A stretch of 64,000 bases of DNA, taken from Candidatus Marinacidobacterales bacterium. GTDB lineage: Bacteria; Acidobacteriota; Vicinamibacteria; Marinacidobacterales; SMYC01. Every line of letters starts with the position of its first letter. Positions within the stretch are counted from its first letter, which is position 1. The notes under the pieces are model-generated. The model did no database searches and was not told the DNA's origin. It saw only the letters and a program-made list of their open reading frames with translations. The DNA lies in NCBI GenBank assembly GCA_965262245.1, contig OZ253507.1, positions 1,148,695 to 1,212,694 on the forward strand, given 5' to 3'. Below are positions 29,637 through 39,627 of this stretch, piece by piece. A program made the position numbers and the translations under genes.

Positions 29637-30446
29637 TCACCACGTCAACAACGTTCGAATCGCGGAGAACGGCTTGCGCTGCGCCAAGTAGGATCGAAGC
29701 ATGATTTTCTTGGTTATCTTCTCGAACCGTCTGATGTCATCCTGGCTCACGTTCGGTACGTCGCGAAGCTCCCGCGCTATGGTGCGATAGTCACGTTCAA
29801 CCCCCGAAATGTTGGTGCTAGCCGTGCTCCTGCGGCCCGTACGTTTCAGCAGGATAGTCTCGTCGACACTGCGCAGCACTCCTCCTCGCGCTGATTCTTC
29901 GATACAAAAGAGAAGATCCTCGCCGTTCGTCAACCCGTCTTTGAATCCTTTGCAGCGAGGGGGGCTGCGAAACATCCACGTCGGGCCGTTGACGCATCGC
30001 GGGTCGAGCTTCAGCAAGTATTCCAGCGGTTCCCCATCCACGGCGGGAGTCACGACGCGCAGCGTGGCGTCCAGATTCTCATCCTTTTCGACCACCGTGC
30101 CGTTCACGAAACGCGTTTCCGGCGCACGCTCGTACAAGGCCAGGCGCGAGGAGAGAGAGCGCGCCGGGAGGGCATCGTCGCCGTCCAGTAGACAGAAGAA
30201 CTCTCCTGACATCTCCTTCATCGCGAGGTTGCGCGCCGCGCTCACGCCTCGACGTTCCTGTTCGAAAAACCGAATCCTCGTGTCGCTGTAGCGCTTGACG
30301 ATGGCCCCAGTACCGTCGCTCGAGCCGTCATCGACGACGAGAAGCTCCCAATGAGGGTGATCCTGGGCGAGCACAGAATCGATCGCCTCACCTATGAAAC
30401 GCTCCTCGTTATGCGCTGCCATGAGGATGGAAACGAGATCCGTCAC
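29637..30446 (-). CDS. Glycosyltransferase family 2
   Basis: VSILMAAHN, VDDGSSD, LDGDD. Confidence 0.9.
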   Translation of the reverse strand: MTDLVSILMAAHNEERFIGEAIDSVLAQDHPHWELLVVDDGSSDGTGAIVKRYSDTRIRFFEQERRGVSAARNLAMKEMSGEFFCLLDGDDALPARSLSSRLALYERAPETRFVNGTVVEKDENLDATLRVVTPAVDGEPLEYLLKLDPRCVNGPTWMFRSPPRCKGFKDGLTNGEDLLFCIEESARGGVLRSVDETILLKRTGRRSTASTNISGVERDYRTIARELRDVPNVSQDDIRRFEKITKKIMLRSYLAQRKPFSAIRTLLTW

Positions 30447-30852
30447 GTCAGAAAGACGCCTTCATGCGAACTCCCCTCGATTTTGGTGCGATGTTTCTTA
30501 TTGCACGTCATGCCGGGAGCATTGTCAAACAGAGTCATACGAGCGGCCGCGACTTCCTCGGCGATCGCGGCGTTGGCTTCTATTTTTCTGTGGTGACGTC
30601 GATTTGCTACCATGAATAGACACTTTCAACAACAATTTGGAAACTCTGTTTCGGAAGCCCCCAAGGTCATGCTACAGACGTATAGCCGCGCCTTGGCTGT
30701 CTGCGGACTTTTGGACGGCCCCGCGGAACCGTGGTCTCGGATCACCATCCCTTTGACCCTTGAGGTCGCGGTGGAGTTTCGCGTCTTCGCCGCCTTACGT
30801 TCTAACCGGGCGCGGCGTGTCCTGACTTTGCTCGCGCCTGCCTGAGAGAGGG

Positions 30853-32145
30853 ATGCAATTACTGGTCGCGCTGTTCGTCTCGACTCTGGTCCATATCCTG
30901 CTCCTCGCCTTTTTCAGACGGCGTTACGAGGCCGACTTGTTTCGGGTCGTGTCGCTCACCTATGTCGGAACGGTGGCCCTCCGTTACACGCTTGCCATCT
31001 ACCTCTGGCTGAATCACACCGATGCCGGATTCGCCGCGACCTTTTGGGGCGATTCCCAGACCTACGATCGTTTCGCCGCCGCGCTTGCGGAGAGTTGGTC
31101 TCACGGCTTTTCTTCGACGCTCTGGGCCGAGACGGGGCAGGGGATGGTCAACAAAGGATTCATCTATTGCGTGGCCAGCGTCTACTACTTCTTTGGGCGA
31201 AACGTGCTGCTCGTGCAGTTTCTCAACGGCATCATCGGCGCGCTGACGCCGATCGTCATCCTCGAGCTGGGACTTTCGCTCTATAACCGCCGCGTCGCCA
31301 CGACGGCCATGCTCTTGACGGCTTTTTTCCCGCAGATGATCTTCTGGTCATCGGCACTCTACAAGGATCCCGCGGTCATGTTGTGCATCGCGGCGAACAT
31401 CCTTGCGGTCGTCAAGCTGCAACGTGGGTGGAATCCGACTTGGATCGTAGCCTACGTTCTGACGGCGGGCGCCCTCGTTTGGCTGCGCTTCTATATCTTC
31501 TATGCGACATTGGCCGCGGCCGTGATCGGGTTGCTCGTTGGGAACCGGAAGAATCCGATCTTGGGGCTCGTCACCCAGTTGAGCCTCGTCCTCGCCGTCC
31601 TTTTGCTCCTCGCCTACACACCGGTCGGGCAGGAAGTGCTAGTTCAAAGCCGTTTCCTGGATTTGGAGCTACTGCAAAGCTCGCGTAGCGATCTCTCGAA
31701 CGCGGGAAGCGGTTTTGCGAGTGACGCCGATATCACCACCATGGGCGGCTTGCTCAGCGTGCTGCCCGTCGGCATCATGAATCTGCTGTTCGGACCCTTC
31801 CCTTGGACGGTGAGCAATTTGCGCCAAGTCTTGGCGCTCCCCGACGTGCTGGCTTGGTACGCGCTCACGCCGGCGCTCATCGCGGGCATCGGACTGGCTT
31901 TGAAGCGGCTCCGACAGACGATGCCCATCCTCGTTTTTACAACCGCGCTGACGCTTGCCTATGGCGCCTTTCTCGGCAATGTCGGCACGGCGTATCGGCA
32001 GCGCACCCAGATCATGATGTTCTACTTCCTGTTCATCGCCGATGGTCTGCACCGCAAACGCCGGACGACCGGTAGCGAGGAGCCGAGTACGGCGCATCTT
32101 CCTACTGCTCACGATCAGACCTTGAAGCCGATCGCGCACCAATAG
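30853..32145 (+). CDS. Polytopic membrane protein, GT-C/Wzy-like polymerase
   Basis: About 10 TM helices; GDSQTYD, LYKD, GNVGTAYRQR. Confidence 0.65.
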   Translation: MQLLVALFVSTLVHILLLAFFRRRYEADLFRVVSLTYVGTVALRYTLAIYLWLNHTDAGFAATFWGDSQTYDRFAAALAESWSHGFSSTLWAETGQGMVNKGFIYCVASVYYFFGRNVLLVQFLNGIIGALTPIVILELGLSLYNRRVATTAMLLTAFFPQMIFWSSALYKDPAVMLCIAANILAVVKLQRGWNPTWIVAYVLTAGALVWLRFYIFYATLAAAVIGLLVGNRKNPILGLVTQLSLVLAVLLLLAYTPVGQEVLVQSRFLDLELLQSSRSDLSNAGSGFASDADITTMGGLLSVLPVGIMNLLFGPFPWTVSNLRQVLALPDVLAWYALTPALIAGIGLALKRLRQTMPILVFTTALTLAYGAFLGNVGTAYRQRTQIMMFYFLFIADGLHRKRRTTGSEEPSTAHLPTAHDQTLKPIAHQ

Positions 32146-32960
32146 GGCGGTTCGCTCGAAAAACGAACATCCGCGAGCCCGGCCTCGAGCAACATAGCTT
32201 CGATCTGTCGAGAAGTGAACCGCTGCTCGAGCGGCGTTCCGAAACGATCGCGCGCGTCCGTTCTCATCGTATAGAGGCTTCGATCGCGATAGGCCGAAAG
32301 GGGCCAATGGGAGACGTCGATGCCCAAGGCTCGTGCAGATCGCGCCGCCTGTGCGAGGGGCCAGTAAATCGAAAGGGCGAGAGCGTCACAGCAAAGATCT
32401 TTGACTCGCGACGGCGAGTTGGCGATGACCCGCCGGACAATATCCGATCCGCGCCACAACCCTCGAAACCACAACGGCCGATTGTCGAAGGCGTAGTAGA
32501 GATAGACGAGAAAAGGAGCCCCCTTTTTGAGCGCTCGCACCGAGCTCGCGAGCGCTGCTGCAGGATCGGGGACGTGGTGCAAGACGCCGAGCGCATAGGC
32601 GAAGTCGAGCGAGTTGTCTTCGAAGGGCAGCGCGTCGACGCTCGCGTGGTGCAGAATGACGTTGTCGTAGCGGTGGAGCTTCGCGCGGGACACTTGAAGC
32701 GCCTCCTCGCTGGGATCCACGCAATGCAGCTCGGCGACGTTTCGGCGCGCTACGAATTGCGCCCACCGTCCGCTGCCGCAGCCAATATCGGCGCCCCGCG
32801 CTCGTTTCGGGAGCGATTCCCAGGGAAAGATCGCAAAATATTCTTCGAATAGACGCGCGAGCTCGTCCGCGTCGACATCTTCCTGGTCGAAGCGCGACCA
32901 CTCCTTCGAGAACGATTGCACCGTGCGGTCATGCACGTTTCCGAGCTCGAGCCTCTTCAT
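32115..32960 (-). CDS. Class I SAM methyltransferase
   Basis: DIGCGSGRWA, LGVLHHVPD, DRFGTPLEQRF. Confidence 0.88.
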   Translation of the reverse strand: MKRLELGNVHDRTVQSFSKEWSRFDQEDVDADELARLFEEYFAIFPWESLPKRARGADIGCGSGRWAQFVARRNVAELHCVDPSEEALQVSRAKLHRYDNVILHHASVDALPFEDNSLDFAYALGVLHHVPDPAAALASSVRALKKGAPFLVYLYYAFDNRPLWFRGLWRGSDIVRRVIANSPSRVKDLCCDALALSIYWPLAQAARSARALGIDVSHWPLSAYRDRSLYTMRTDARDRFGTPLEQRFTSRQIEAMLLEAGLADVRFSSEPPYWCAIGFKV

Positions 32961-34981
32961 TCGCCGCGCTTGCCCAGAGATGCCCGATACCGCGCGAGAG
33001 CCGCTTCGGCTTCCGGTCCCGAGCCGGCCGCACTCCGCATCATCACCGGGTCCTCGTCGACATAAGGTGCGATGACGCTGAGCGCGTCGAAAGGGGTGAG
33101 CCCGGGCTCGAGCTCGCGTCCGCGTTCGAGCTGCTCGAGTGCTTCGTCGAGACGGCGTCTCGACGCGAGGTAGAGCGCGTAATTGGCGCGCAGGCCTGAA
33201 TGGTGAGGCTCGAGCTCGAGCGAGCGTTCGAACAGCTCGTCCGCCAGCGCGTCGTTGCCTCGGGTCGCTTCCGTCCACGCGAGCTCGAACCAGTAGCGTC
33301 CGCGGGCCGGCGCGAGCCGAATGGCGTCGCGAAAGGATAAGGCGGCTTGCTCGAGCCTTATCTCGCGGAAGCGAGCGGCATCTCGAGACCGAAACGCGTC
33401 CTCGTTATAGAGCCGTCCGATGAGGAACGCTGTCTCGGCATTCTTAGGAACACGCTTGCGCGATCGCGCGAGCTCTTGAATCAGATCCATGAATTCGGCC
33501 GGATCCGTCAAGAGAGGATCGATCCGTCGCGTCAGCCGCCGGCTCTGGCCAGCATCCATGGCGAGGACCGTCAGCCCGAGACACATGACGGCAAGGGGTG
33601 CTGCGGCGAGAACGTGAAGACGGCGAGGCTTCCATCGGCGAGGTGGCTCGCCCGCCTGCGCGGCGATGAGGCCGACCATGATCGCAAATAGCAGGGCGTT
33701 CGAGGGGATGTGTAGGTTGAAATCGTAAAGACCGTGAACGAGGAGCGCGGTCACTCCCGCGATGAGCCCGGAGAGCAGCCCCCGGGCTCGTTGTGACCTT
33801 TCTCCTTCGATCGCCCTCCCGGCCACGCGCCCGATCGCGCCGAAGAACGCGAGTGCGACGAGGATGCCGAGAAAGCCCGTCTCGCACAAGAGCTGAACCC
33901 AATCGCTCTCCGCATATTCGGCCCGTATCTCCACGGGCCCGCTGCGGTAGCCCGGAATCACGGCGGCATAAGTCCCGAGGCCGGTTCCCAAAGCCGGCGC
34001 ATCGAAAGCGATACCAAAGGAGTCGGACCAGAGGTCCAGACGGAACTGCACCGAGTCGTCGTCGCCTGGATGTTTTAGCGTCGAGAACCGATCGGCAAGA
34101 CTCGACGGCGCGAAGGCTGCGAGAAAGAGCGCCACCGCGACGGACCCGGCGAGGATGAGTGCCTGTCGTCTAGAGAGCCAAGCGAGCACGGCGAGGCCCA
34201 TGGCCGCCGCGATGAGCCCACCGCGGGAATGGGACAAAAAGAGTGAGATCCCCATGAGCGCCGATGTTCCACCGAGAAGAACAGCCAGCGACGCGTTGCG
34301 GCGCAAGGTTCCGAGCGCGGCGCCGAGCGTCAAGAGCCCGCAAGCCTCGATGAAGCCAGCGAAATGATTGTGGTTCACGAACGGGCCATAGGGCGTTCCC
34401 GAAGGGACGGGGAAGCGTCCGTAGAGAACCGTTCCATAGCGCGCCTTTTGGAACACGGCAAAAAGTGCAAGCGCCACCCCGAGAAATGCCACGGTATAGA
34501 CGAGGACCCGTCTCTCGGGGCCGCCGCGAAAGAGTTGGCTCGCAAGCCAGAAAGCGGCGAGAAAACCGGCGAGCTGAAGAAAACTCGAGCGCGTCTGAAA
34601 AGGCTCGAGAGACATTGGATGCCAAGCACCGCTGCCTGTGACGGTCCTCGCCGCTTCGTAGTCGCGAGCGATCGCGGGCGCGGTGGTTTCGCTGAAGCTC
34701 GAGGGGAGCGGCATTTGCTGGAGAGCAACGAGAGCAAGGGCTGCTGCGAGCCAATGCCACCCCGGGGTCCGATAGGCGCGACCGAAATAGATACGCGTGA
34801 GAAGAAACGCGCCCCCGAGCAGAAGGAGTGCGGCAGTCAGAGCGGCCGCGGGGCCCGGTGTCACCGAGCCGAAAGGCCACGGCGCAACGACAATGAGCAG
34901 AAGAAGGGCGAGGCGAAACGCCCAGTCGCAGGTCCGCTCAGCTGGGCTCACGCGAGCGGAGTCGTCGATGGAGTCCTGCAT
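32957..34981 (-). CDS. O-antigen ligase family protein with C-terminal TPR
   Basis: GPFVNHNHFAG, SRGG, GTGLGTY, HGLYDFNLH. Confidence 0.85.
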   Translation of the reverse strand: MQDSIDDSARVSPAERTCDWAFRLALLLLIVVAPWPFGSVTPGPAAALTAALLLLGGAFLLTRIYFGRAYRTPGWHWLAAALALVALQQMPLPSSFSETTAPAIARDYEAARTVTGSGAWHPMSLEPFQTRSSFLQLAGFLAAFWLASQLFRGGPERRVLVYTVAFLGVALALFAVFQKARYGTVLYGRFPVPSGTPYGPFVNHNHFAGFIEACGLLTLGAALGTLRRNASLAVLLGGTSALMGISLFLSHSRGGLIAAAMGLAVLAWLSRRQALILAGSVAVALFLAAFAPSSLADRFSTLKHPGDDDSVQFRLDLWSDSFGIAFDAPALGTGLGTYAAVIPGYRSGPVEIRAEYAESDWVQLLCETGFLGILVALAFFGAIGRVAGRAIEGERSQRARGLLSGLIAGVTALLVHGLYDFNLHIPSNALLFAIMVGLIAAQAGEPPRRWKPRRLHVLAAAPLAVMCLGLTVLAMDAGQSRRLTRRIDPLLTDPAEFMDLIQELARSRKRVPKNAETAFLIGRLYNEDAFRSRDAARFREIRLEQAALSFRDAIRLAPARGRYWFELAWTEATRGNDALADELFERSLELEPHHSGLRANYALYLASRRRLDEALEQLERGRELEPGLTPFDALSVIAPYVDEDPVMMRSAAGSGPEAEAALARYRASLGKRGE

Positions 34982-35189
34982 GATGGCATGATGACGGGAG
35001 ACGCGCCCGCGTCGCTCCTGCTCTAACGTTTAATTTGTTGGTTGTTGAAAGTACTTGCAGAGATCTTAGCACATGGCCTGGAAGGGGCCCTCCTGCCGCT
35101 TCGGATTCTGCTCTTGGGCACGCTCGTCGACAGTATCTCCTTCCCGGCGCGATGTCTCCTCGAGGCGAGCGCGAAACCGCATCGCGTCG

Positions 35190-35925
35190 CGATTTGGCAG
35201 CTCCGCCTTTGGTGCCGACGGACGAGGTGCGCTCCCTTCTTACTGAGCGCCAGGAGCCTCCACCGTGCAAAGTCAGCGTGGTTCCCTATGGCATCGACGT
35301 CGAAGCTATACAGCCCTCTTCGCCGGACGCCCCCGACAAAATTCGACGAGAGCTCCGACTCGAGGAGAACTACGTGGCGATGACTTGCTGTCGATTGAAT
35401 CCCGAGAAAGGACTCCAATATCTCCTGCAGGCAGTACCGGGTCTCGTCTGCCGCCGGCCGGACTTCCGGCTCGTTCTCGTCGGGAGTGGTCCCTTCGAGA
35501 CGGAGCTTCGCGACTGGTGCCAAAGGCTCGACATCGAGAGCGTCGTCCATTTCGTCGGCTTCAGGAATGACGCGCTCGACTGGCTGGCCGCCGCCGACGT
35601 GGTGATACAGCCTTCCTTGTCCGAGTCCTTCTGTCAGACGCTCCTCGAAGCGCTCGCGCTAGAGAAACCCGTTGTGATGACTCCCGTCGGAGCGGCGCCC
35701 GAAGTCATCGGTGACAACGCCCGCGGCCGCCTCGTCCCTGTCGCCGACGCTCAGGCGCTCGAAGAGGCGCTCGCCGAGCTTGCCGGGGATCCGCCTCTCG
35801 CGCGCCGGCTTGCCCGCGCGGGACGTGAACACGTTCTGGAGAGCCTCAGCCCCGCGGGCATGGATCGTAGCTACGAAGAGATCTATCTCGACGCTTACGA
35901 GAGCTCCGGGGGGCCTCCAGCTTGA
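35190..35925 (+). pseudogene. GT4 glycosyltransferase, N-terminal half apparently missing (start approximate)
   Basis: VVPYGID, RLNPEKG, ESFCQTLLEALA; upstream part of the ORF is not GT-like. Confidence 0.6.
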
Positions 35926-36734
35926 GCTCGCGGCTCAAACGCGTGGTGAAAGGCGCGCTGCGTCCCTTGAGGAAAGCTCTGGGACGATTCGCCCTCGGCC
36001 CAGAAGCCGCGGACAAGTCCAGCATCGCTTATTGTGCCGGTCGCTTGATCGCCGCCGAGAAGATCCAGGGCGACTACCTCGAGTTCGGGGTCTTCCGGGG
36101 AGACTCCTTCATCTCCGCGTACCGGGCTATCGAGCTGGCTTTTGACGACGCTTCCACTCCCGGCGTCTGGAACCTCGAAAAGGACTGCGAAGAGAGACGG
36201 CAGCTGTGGAGCCAGATGCGTTTCTTCGCCTTCGACTCGTTCGAAGGCCTTCCTTCCCTCACCGGCGCCGATCGGCAGACACGCGATTTCGTCGCGGGGA
36301 AATATCGCGCCTCACCGGAAGAGTTCACGACGAACTTGCGCAAAGGTGGATTGCCTCTCGAACGCGTGACGGTCGTCCCGGGCTGGTTCGACGAGGTTCT
36401 GAACGAGCGGACCATCGACCATTTCGAGCTGAACAACGCTGCCATCGTTCATATCGATTGCGACCTCTACGAATCCGCGATAGCGGTGCTGGAGTTCCTC
36501 ACGCCGCTCCTGAGCGAAGGCGCAGTGGTCATCTTCGACGATTGGTACTGCTTCAAGGCGAATCCCGATCTGGGCGAGCAGCGGGCCTGTCGCGAGTGGT
36601 GCGCGGCCAATCCCGAGCTCCACTTGACCGAGTATCACAAAGAGGGTCCCTGGAAGAACAGCTTCATTGTGAACCGTCGCTCTTCTTCCGGAGATGAAAC
36701 GGCTGGAACCCGATCTAAGAGGAATGTTACGTGA
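35922..36734 (+). CDS. TylF/MycF/NovP-type O-methyltransferase
   Basis: GDYLEFGVFRG, FDSFEGLP, HIDCDLYES, FDDW. Confidence 0.9.
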   Translation: MSSRLKRVVKGALRPLRKALGRFALGPEAADKSSIAYCAGRLIAAEKIQGDYLEFGVFRGDSFISAYRAIELAFDDASTPGVWNLEKDCEERRQLWSQMRFFAFDSFEGLPSLTGADRQTRDFVAGKYRASPEEFTTNLRKGGLPLERVTVVPGWFDEVLNERTIDHFELNNAAIVHIDCDLYESAIAVLEFLTPLLSEGAVVIFDDWYCFKANPDLGEQRACREWCAANPELHLTEYHKEGPWKNSFIVNRRSSSGDETAGTRSKRNVT

Positions 36735-36919
36735 TATGCCCTCTGTGCGATCGTGAGGAGGCAGCCCGTCTTGAACTAGAGCACTTGAGAAGGCCACGAC
36801 ACTTGGTACTGTACGCACTGCGAAAGCTCTCACAAGCCCTTTCGCGGCTTCGTCCGGACCGTCTCGGCAACCGATACTTTTACGCAGGCCAATATATCGG
36901 TTGCGACCGGCGTCCATAA
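36731..36919 (+). pseudogene. Short ORF (MICPLC..), probably the 5' remnant of a larger gene
   Basis: Overlaps the previous stop (GTGA), starts with CxxC, ends abruptly. Confidence 0.35.
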
Positions 36920-36983
36920 GCGATGTTCCGAACCGAATGCCGAACCGAATGATTGAGGCGTTCGTCGTGACAAGAAAAGGAAG

Positions 36984-37907
36984 TCAACTCTTCGCAGCTT
37001 GCCAGATGTCCACGCATCCTTTGTAGTTTTCGGCGATGGCATCGATCGCCGCCGACTCCTCCATCGTTTTGTCCAGGTAGCCTTTGAGCGGTTCGCTGAA
37101 GTTGGTGCGGCCGACGGCGAAGCCGATGAAGCCATCGACTGGGGCCGAGACTTTCAGCCACTCGTGGACTTTCTCCTTGCTCGAGCCGCGCCCCAGAAGG
37201 ATTGAGCCGACTTTGGAGCGCTCGTCGTTCGAGCGGACCTGGGCGGCGACGGCCTCGGCATGCTCGCGCTTGTCGAGCCCTTCGATCTTCCAAAGATCGG
37301 GCTCGATGCCGAAATCCTGAATTTCCTTGATCGCTTGGACCATGTGCTTGGGGCGGATCTCGGAGTCGTAGTTGTCGCCAGCGGCTTTGTCGTCGTCGGA
37401 CGTCGCGGGGACGAGGAGCTCGAACATGTAAAAGTGGTCGTCGTTGGCGTGGATGTAGTCCGAGAGAAGCTTGAGCCGTGTCAGCTGCTCGCGGTTCATC
37501 AAGGCGTCGTCTTCAGGGTGGTAGCGGACGAGAACTTTCACGATTTTGGGCGACAAGTAGCGCAGGTGATCTTCCCAACGCGCGCCGTATTCGAAATCGA
37601 AGACCGACTGACCGCTCTTTTCCACGCAGACGGCCGCGGGGATGCCGCGCGAGGCGGCGTCACTCAAGATGTGGCTGCCGAATTGCGCGTCGACGAGGAT
37701 TCCGACTTGATCCTTCGGTACCCCCATCTCGATCGCTCTCAGAAGGCCGCGATAGATGAGCGTTTTCCCGCCGGAGACTTGCACGAATTGATCCTGCTTC
37801 GGATCGATGGTCGGCGCACCTTTGAAATCGTAAAACGTTTTCGTAAAGCTGCCCCGGTGGTCGAAAGGTTGAACGAAAAGGGGCTTATCGTATCCAATGG
37901 CTTTCAT
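36984..37907 (-). CDS. DUF2090-type class I aldolase (IolC C-terminal-like)
   Basis: PFDHR, KVLVRYHP, FELLVP, PDLWKIEG, LLGRG, GFAVGRT. Confidence 0.82.
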   Translation of the reverse strand: MKAIGYDKPLFVQPFDHRGSFTKTFYDFKGAPTIDPKQDQFVQVSGGKTLIYRGLLRAIEMGVPKDQVGILVDAQFGSHILSDAASRGIPAAVCVEKSGQSVFDFEYGARWEDHLRYLSPKIVKVLVRYHPEDDALMNREQLTRLKLLSDYIHANDDHFYMFELLVPATSDDDKAAGDNYDSEIRPKHMVQAIKEIQDFGIEPDLWKIEGLDKREHAEAVAAQVRSNDERSKVGSILLGRGSSKEKVHEWLKVSAPVDGFIGFAVGRTNFSEPLKGYLDKTMEESAAIDAIAENYKGCVDIWQAAKS

Positions 37908-38220
37908 GGTAGCGCTGAACCTCCAATGCGCTCGCGAGGGGTCGAGCGGGGGGGTTAGTCTACTGCGCGCCCTCGCCGCGAAGCAACTTGCACCGTGGTA
38001 TTAGAAGAGCACGGAACCTTTTTCCGGGCGCGCTCGTCATATGTTTTGTATGAGTGAAACGGCCTCTGGATGAGGGCTCTTGAGAGGGACGAGGTCGTTC
38101 AGAAGTCAAGGCCAGAAGCATTACCTGCCACATAGCGGCCCCTCGAGCTCCGGCTCGGGGGACGATCCCACCTGGAGCTCGCCAAGGTTTATTGGATAAA
38201 CGCGCGTCGCCCCTGTCGTT

Positions 38221-39627
38221 TTGCTACGATGGAACACTATCGGGAGAAAGGTGGTTCTCGTTTTGCCGCTCAAGGACAAGGTGGCGCGGGTCGTTGGCTT
38301 TACCCTCGTGACGCTCGTCGCGGGCAACGGCTCGGCTCAAAGGCTCCAGGAACAAATTCTCGAAGCGTGGGATAGAGTCACGCCGGCGCTCGTCAATGTG
38401 CAACCCATCACCGACGTCTACTCCTCGGGAGAGCGTCGGAGCTCGACGGGCGTTGGAAGCGGCTTCATCTTCGACGCGAATGGGCACGTGATTACGAACT
38501 ACCACGTGGCGGGCAAGGCGAAGCGTCTCATCATTACATTGAGCAACAAGCAGCGTGTTCCCGGCGTTCTCATAGGCGAAGATCCGCTGACCGATATCGC
38601 CGTCTTGAAACTCGAGCTCGCCGAAGGTCAGACCATGCCGGCGCATGTGGCGCTCGGGGATTCTGACGATCTATCCGTCGGCGAATATGTAATGGCGCTC
38701 GGAAGCCCGCTCGCCTTGCAGCGCTCGCTTTCTTTCGGGGTCGTAAGCAGCAAGGACCGTTATTTGTCTGATTCCTTCAAGCTTCCCACTGGAGAGAAAA
38801 CCGGATCGTTCAACACTTGGATCCAGACGGATGCTGCCATCAATCCCGGCAATAGCGGCGGCCCGCTCGTGAACTTGAAAGGGGAGGTCGTGGGTGTCAA
38901 TGCGAGGGGGGCTTTTGGCGCTTCGAGCATTGGCTTCGCGATCCCGATAAACATCGTCAGAGAAGTCGCCGCGCAGCTCATCGAGACAGGCCACGTCGAG
39001 CGCAGTTGGCTCGGTCTGACCTTTCAACCGCGCGAGGAGCTCGCGCAATATTTCGAAGCAGAGTCCGTACCTGGCGTCGTGATCCGCAGCGTCGATCCCG
39101 ACTCACCTGCCGAGCGTGTCGGCATCCGTGCCGGCGACATGCTCCTGGCCTATCGAGGCGAGCGCACGTCGGCCCAGTTTACCGAAGAGCTTCCTCTGAT
39201 CTACAAGAAGATCGCCGACACACCCATCGGATCCGAAGTCTCGGTTGCCGTAGCTCGCGGAGGCGACGTCCTCGAGTTCACCGTCACCACGGAAGAGCGG
39301 GGCGCGTCGAGCTCGGATGAGATGGAATTCGAGAGCTGGGGATTTACAGCGCGCGGGATTACGCGCGAGCTCGCGCGCGAGTTCAGCTTGCCGGACAATC
39401 TCGGCGTCATGGTCGCCGGCGTGAAGCCCAACGGTGCGGCCTTCCACGGGCAGCTCTTTCCCGGGGACCGTATCGTGGCCGCCGAGAACGAGCCCGTCGG
39501 CGACCTCGACGAGCTCCGTGAAATCTATCGAAGCTTCGACGAAGCGCGCAAAGATGCCGTTCTGCTCACCGTTATGCGCCGCCACTCGCGGCGTTGGATC
39601 CTCATCGAGACCAGCTATGAGAACTGA
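38221..39627 (+). CDS. HtrA/DegP-like serine protease with two PDZ domains (start may be downstream)
   Basis: TNYHV, DIAVL, TDAAINPGNSGG. Confidence 0.93.
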   Translation: MLRWNTIGRKVVLVLPLKDKVARVVGFTLVTLVAGNGSAQRLQEQILEAWDRVTPALVNVQPITDVYSSGERRSSTGVGSGFIFDANGHVITNYHVAGKAKRLIITLSNKQRVPGVLIGEDPLTDIAVLKLELAEGQTMPAHVALGDSDDLSVGEYVMALGSPLALQRSLSFGVVSSKDRYLSDSFKLPTGEKTGSFNTWIQTDAAINPGNSGGPLVNLKGEVVGVNARGAFGASSIGFAIPINIVREVAAQLIETGHVERSWLGLTFQPREELAQYFEAESVPGVVIRSVDPDSPAERVGIRAGDMLLAYRGERTSAQFTEELPLIYKKIADTPIGSEVSVAVARGGDVLEFTVTTEERGASSSDEMEFESWGFTARGITRELAREFSLPDNLGVMVAGVKPNGAAFHGQLFPGDRIVAAENEPVGDLDELREIYRSFDEARKDAVLLTVMRRHSRRWILIETSYEN

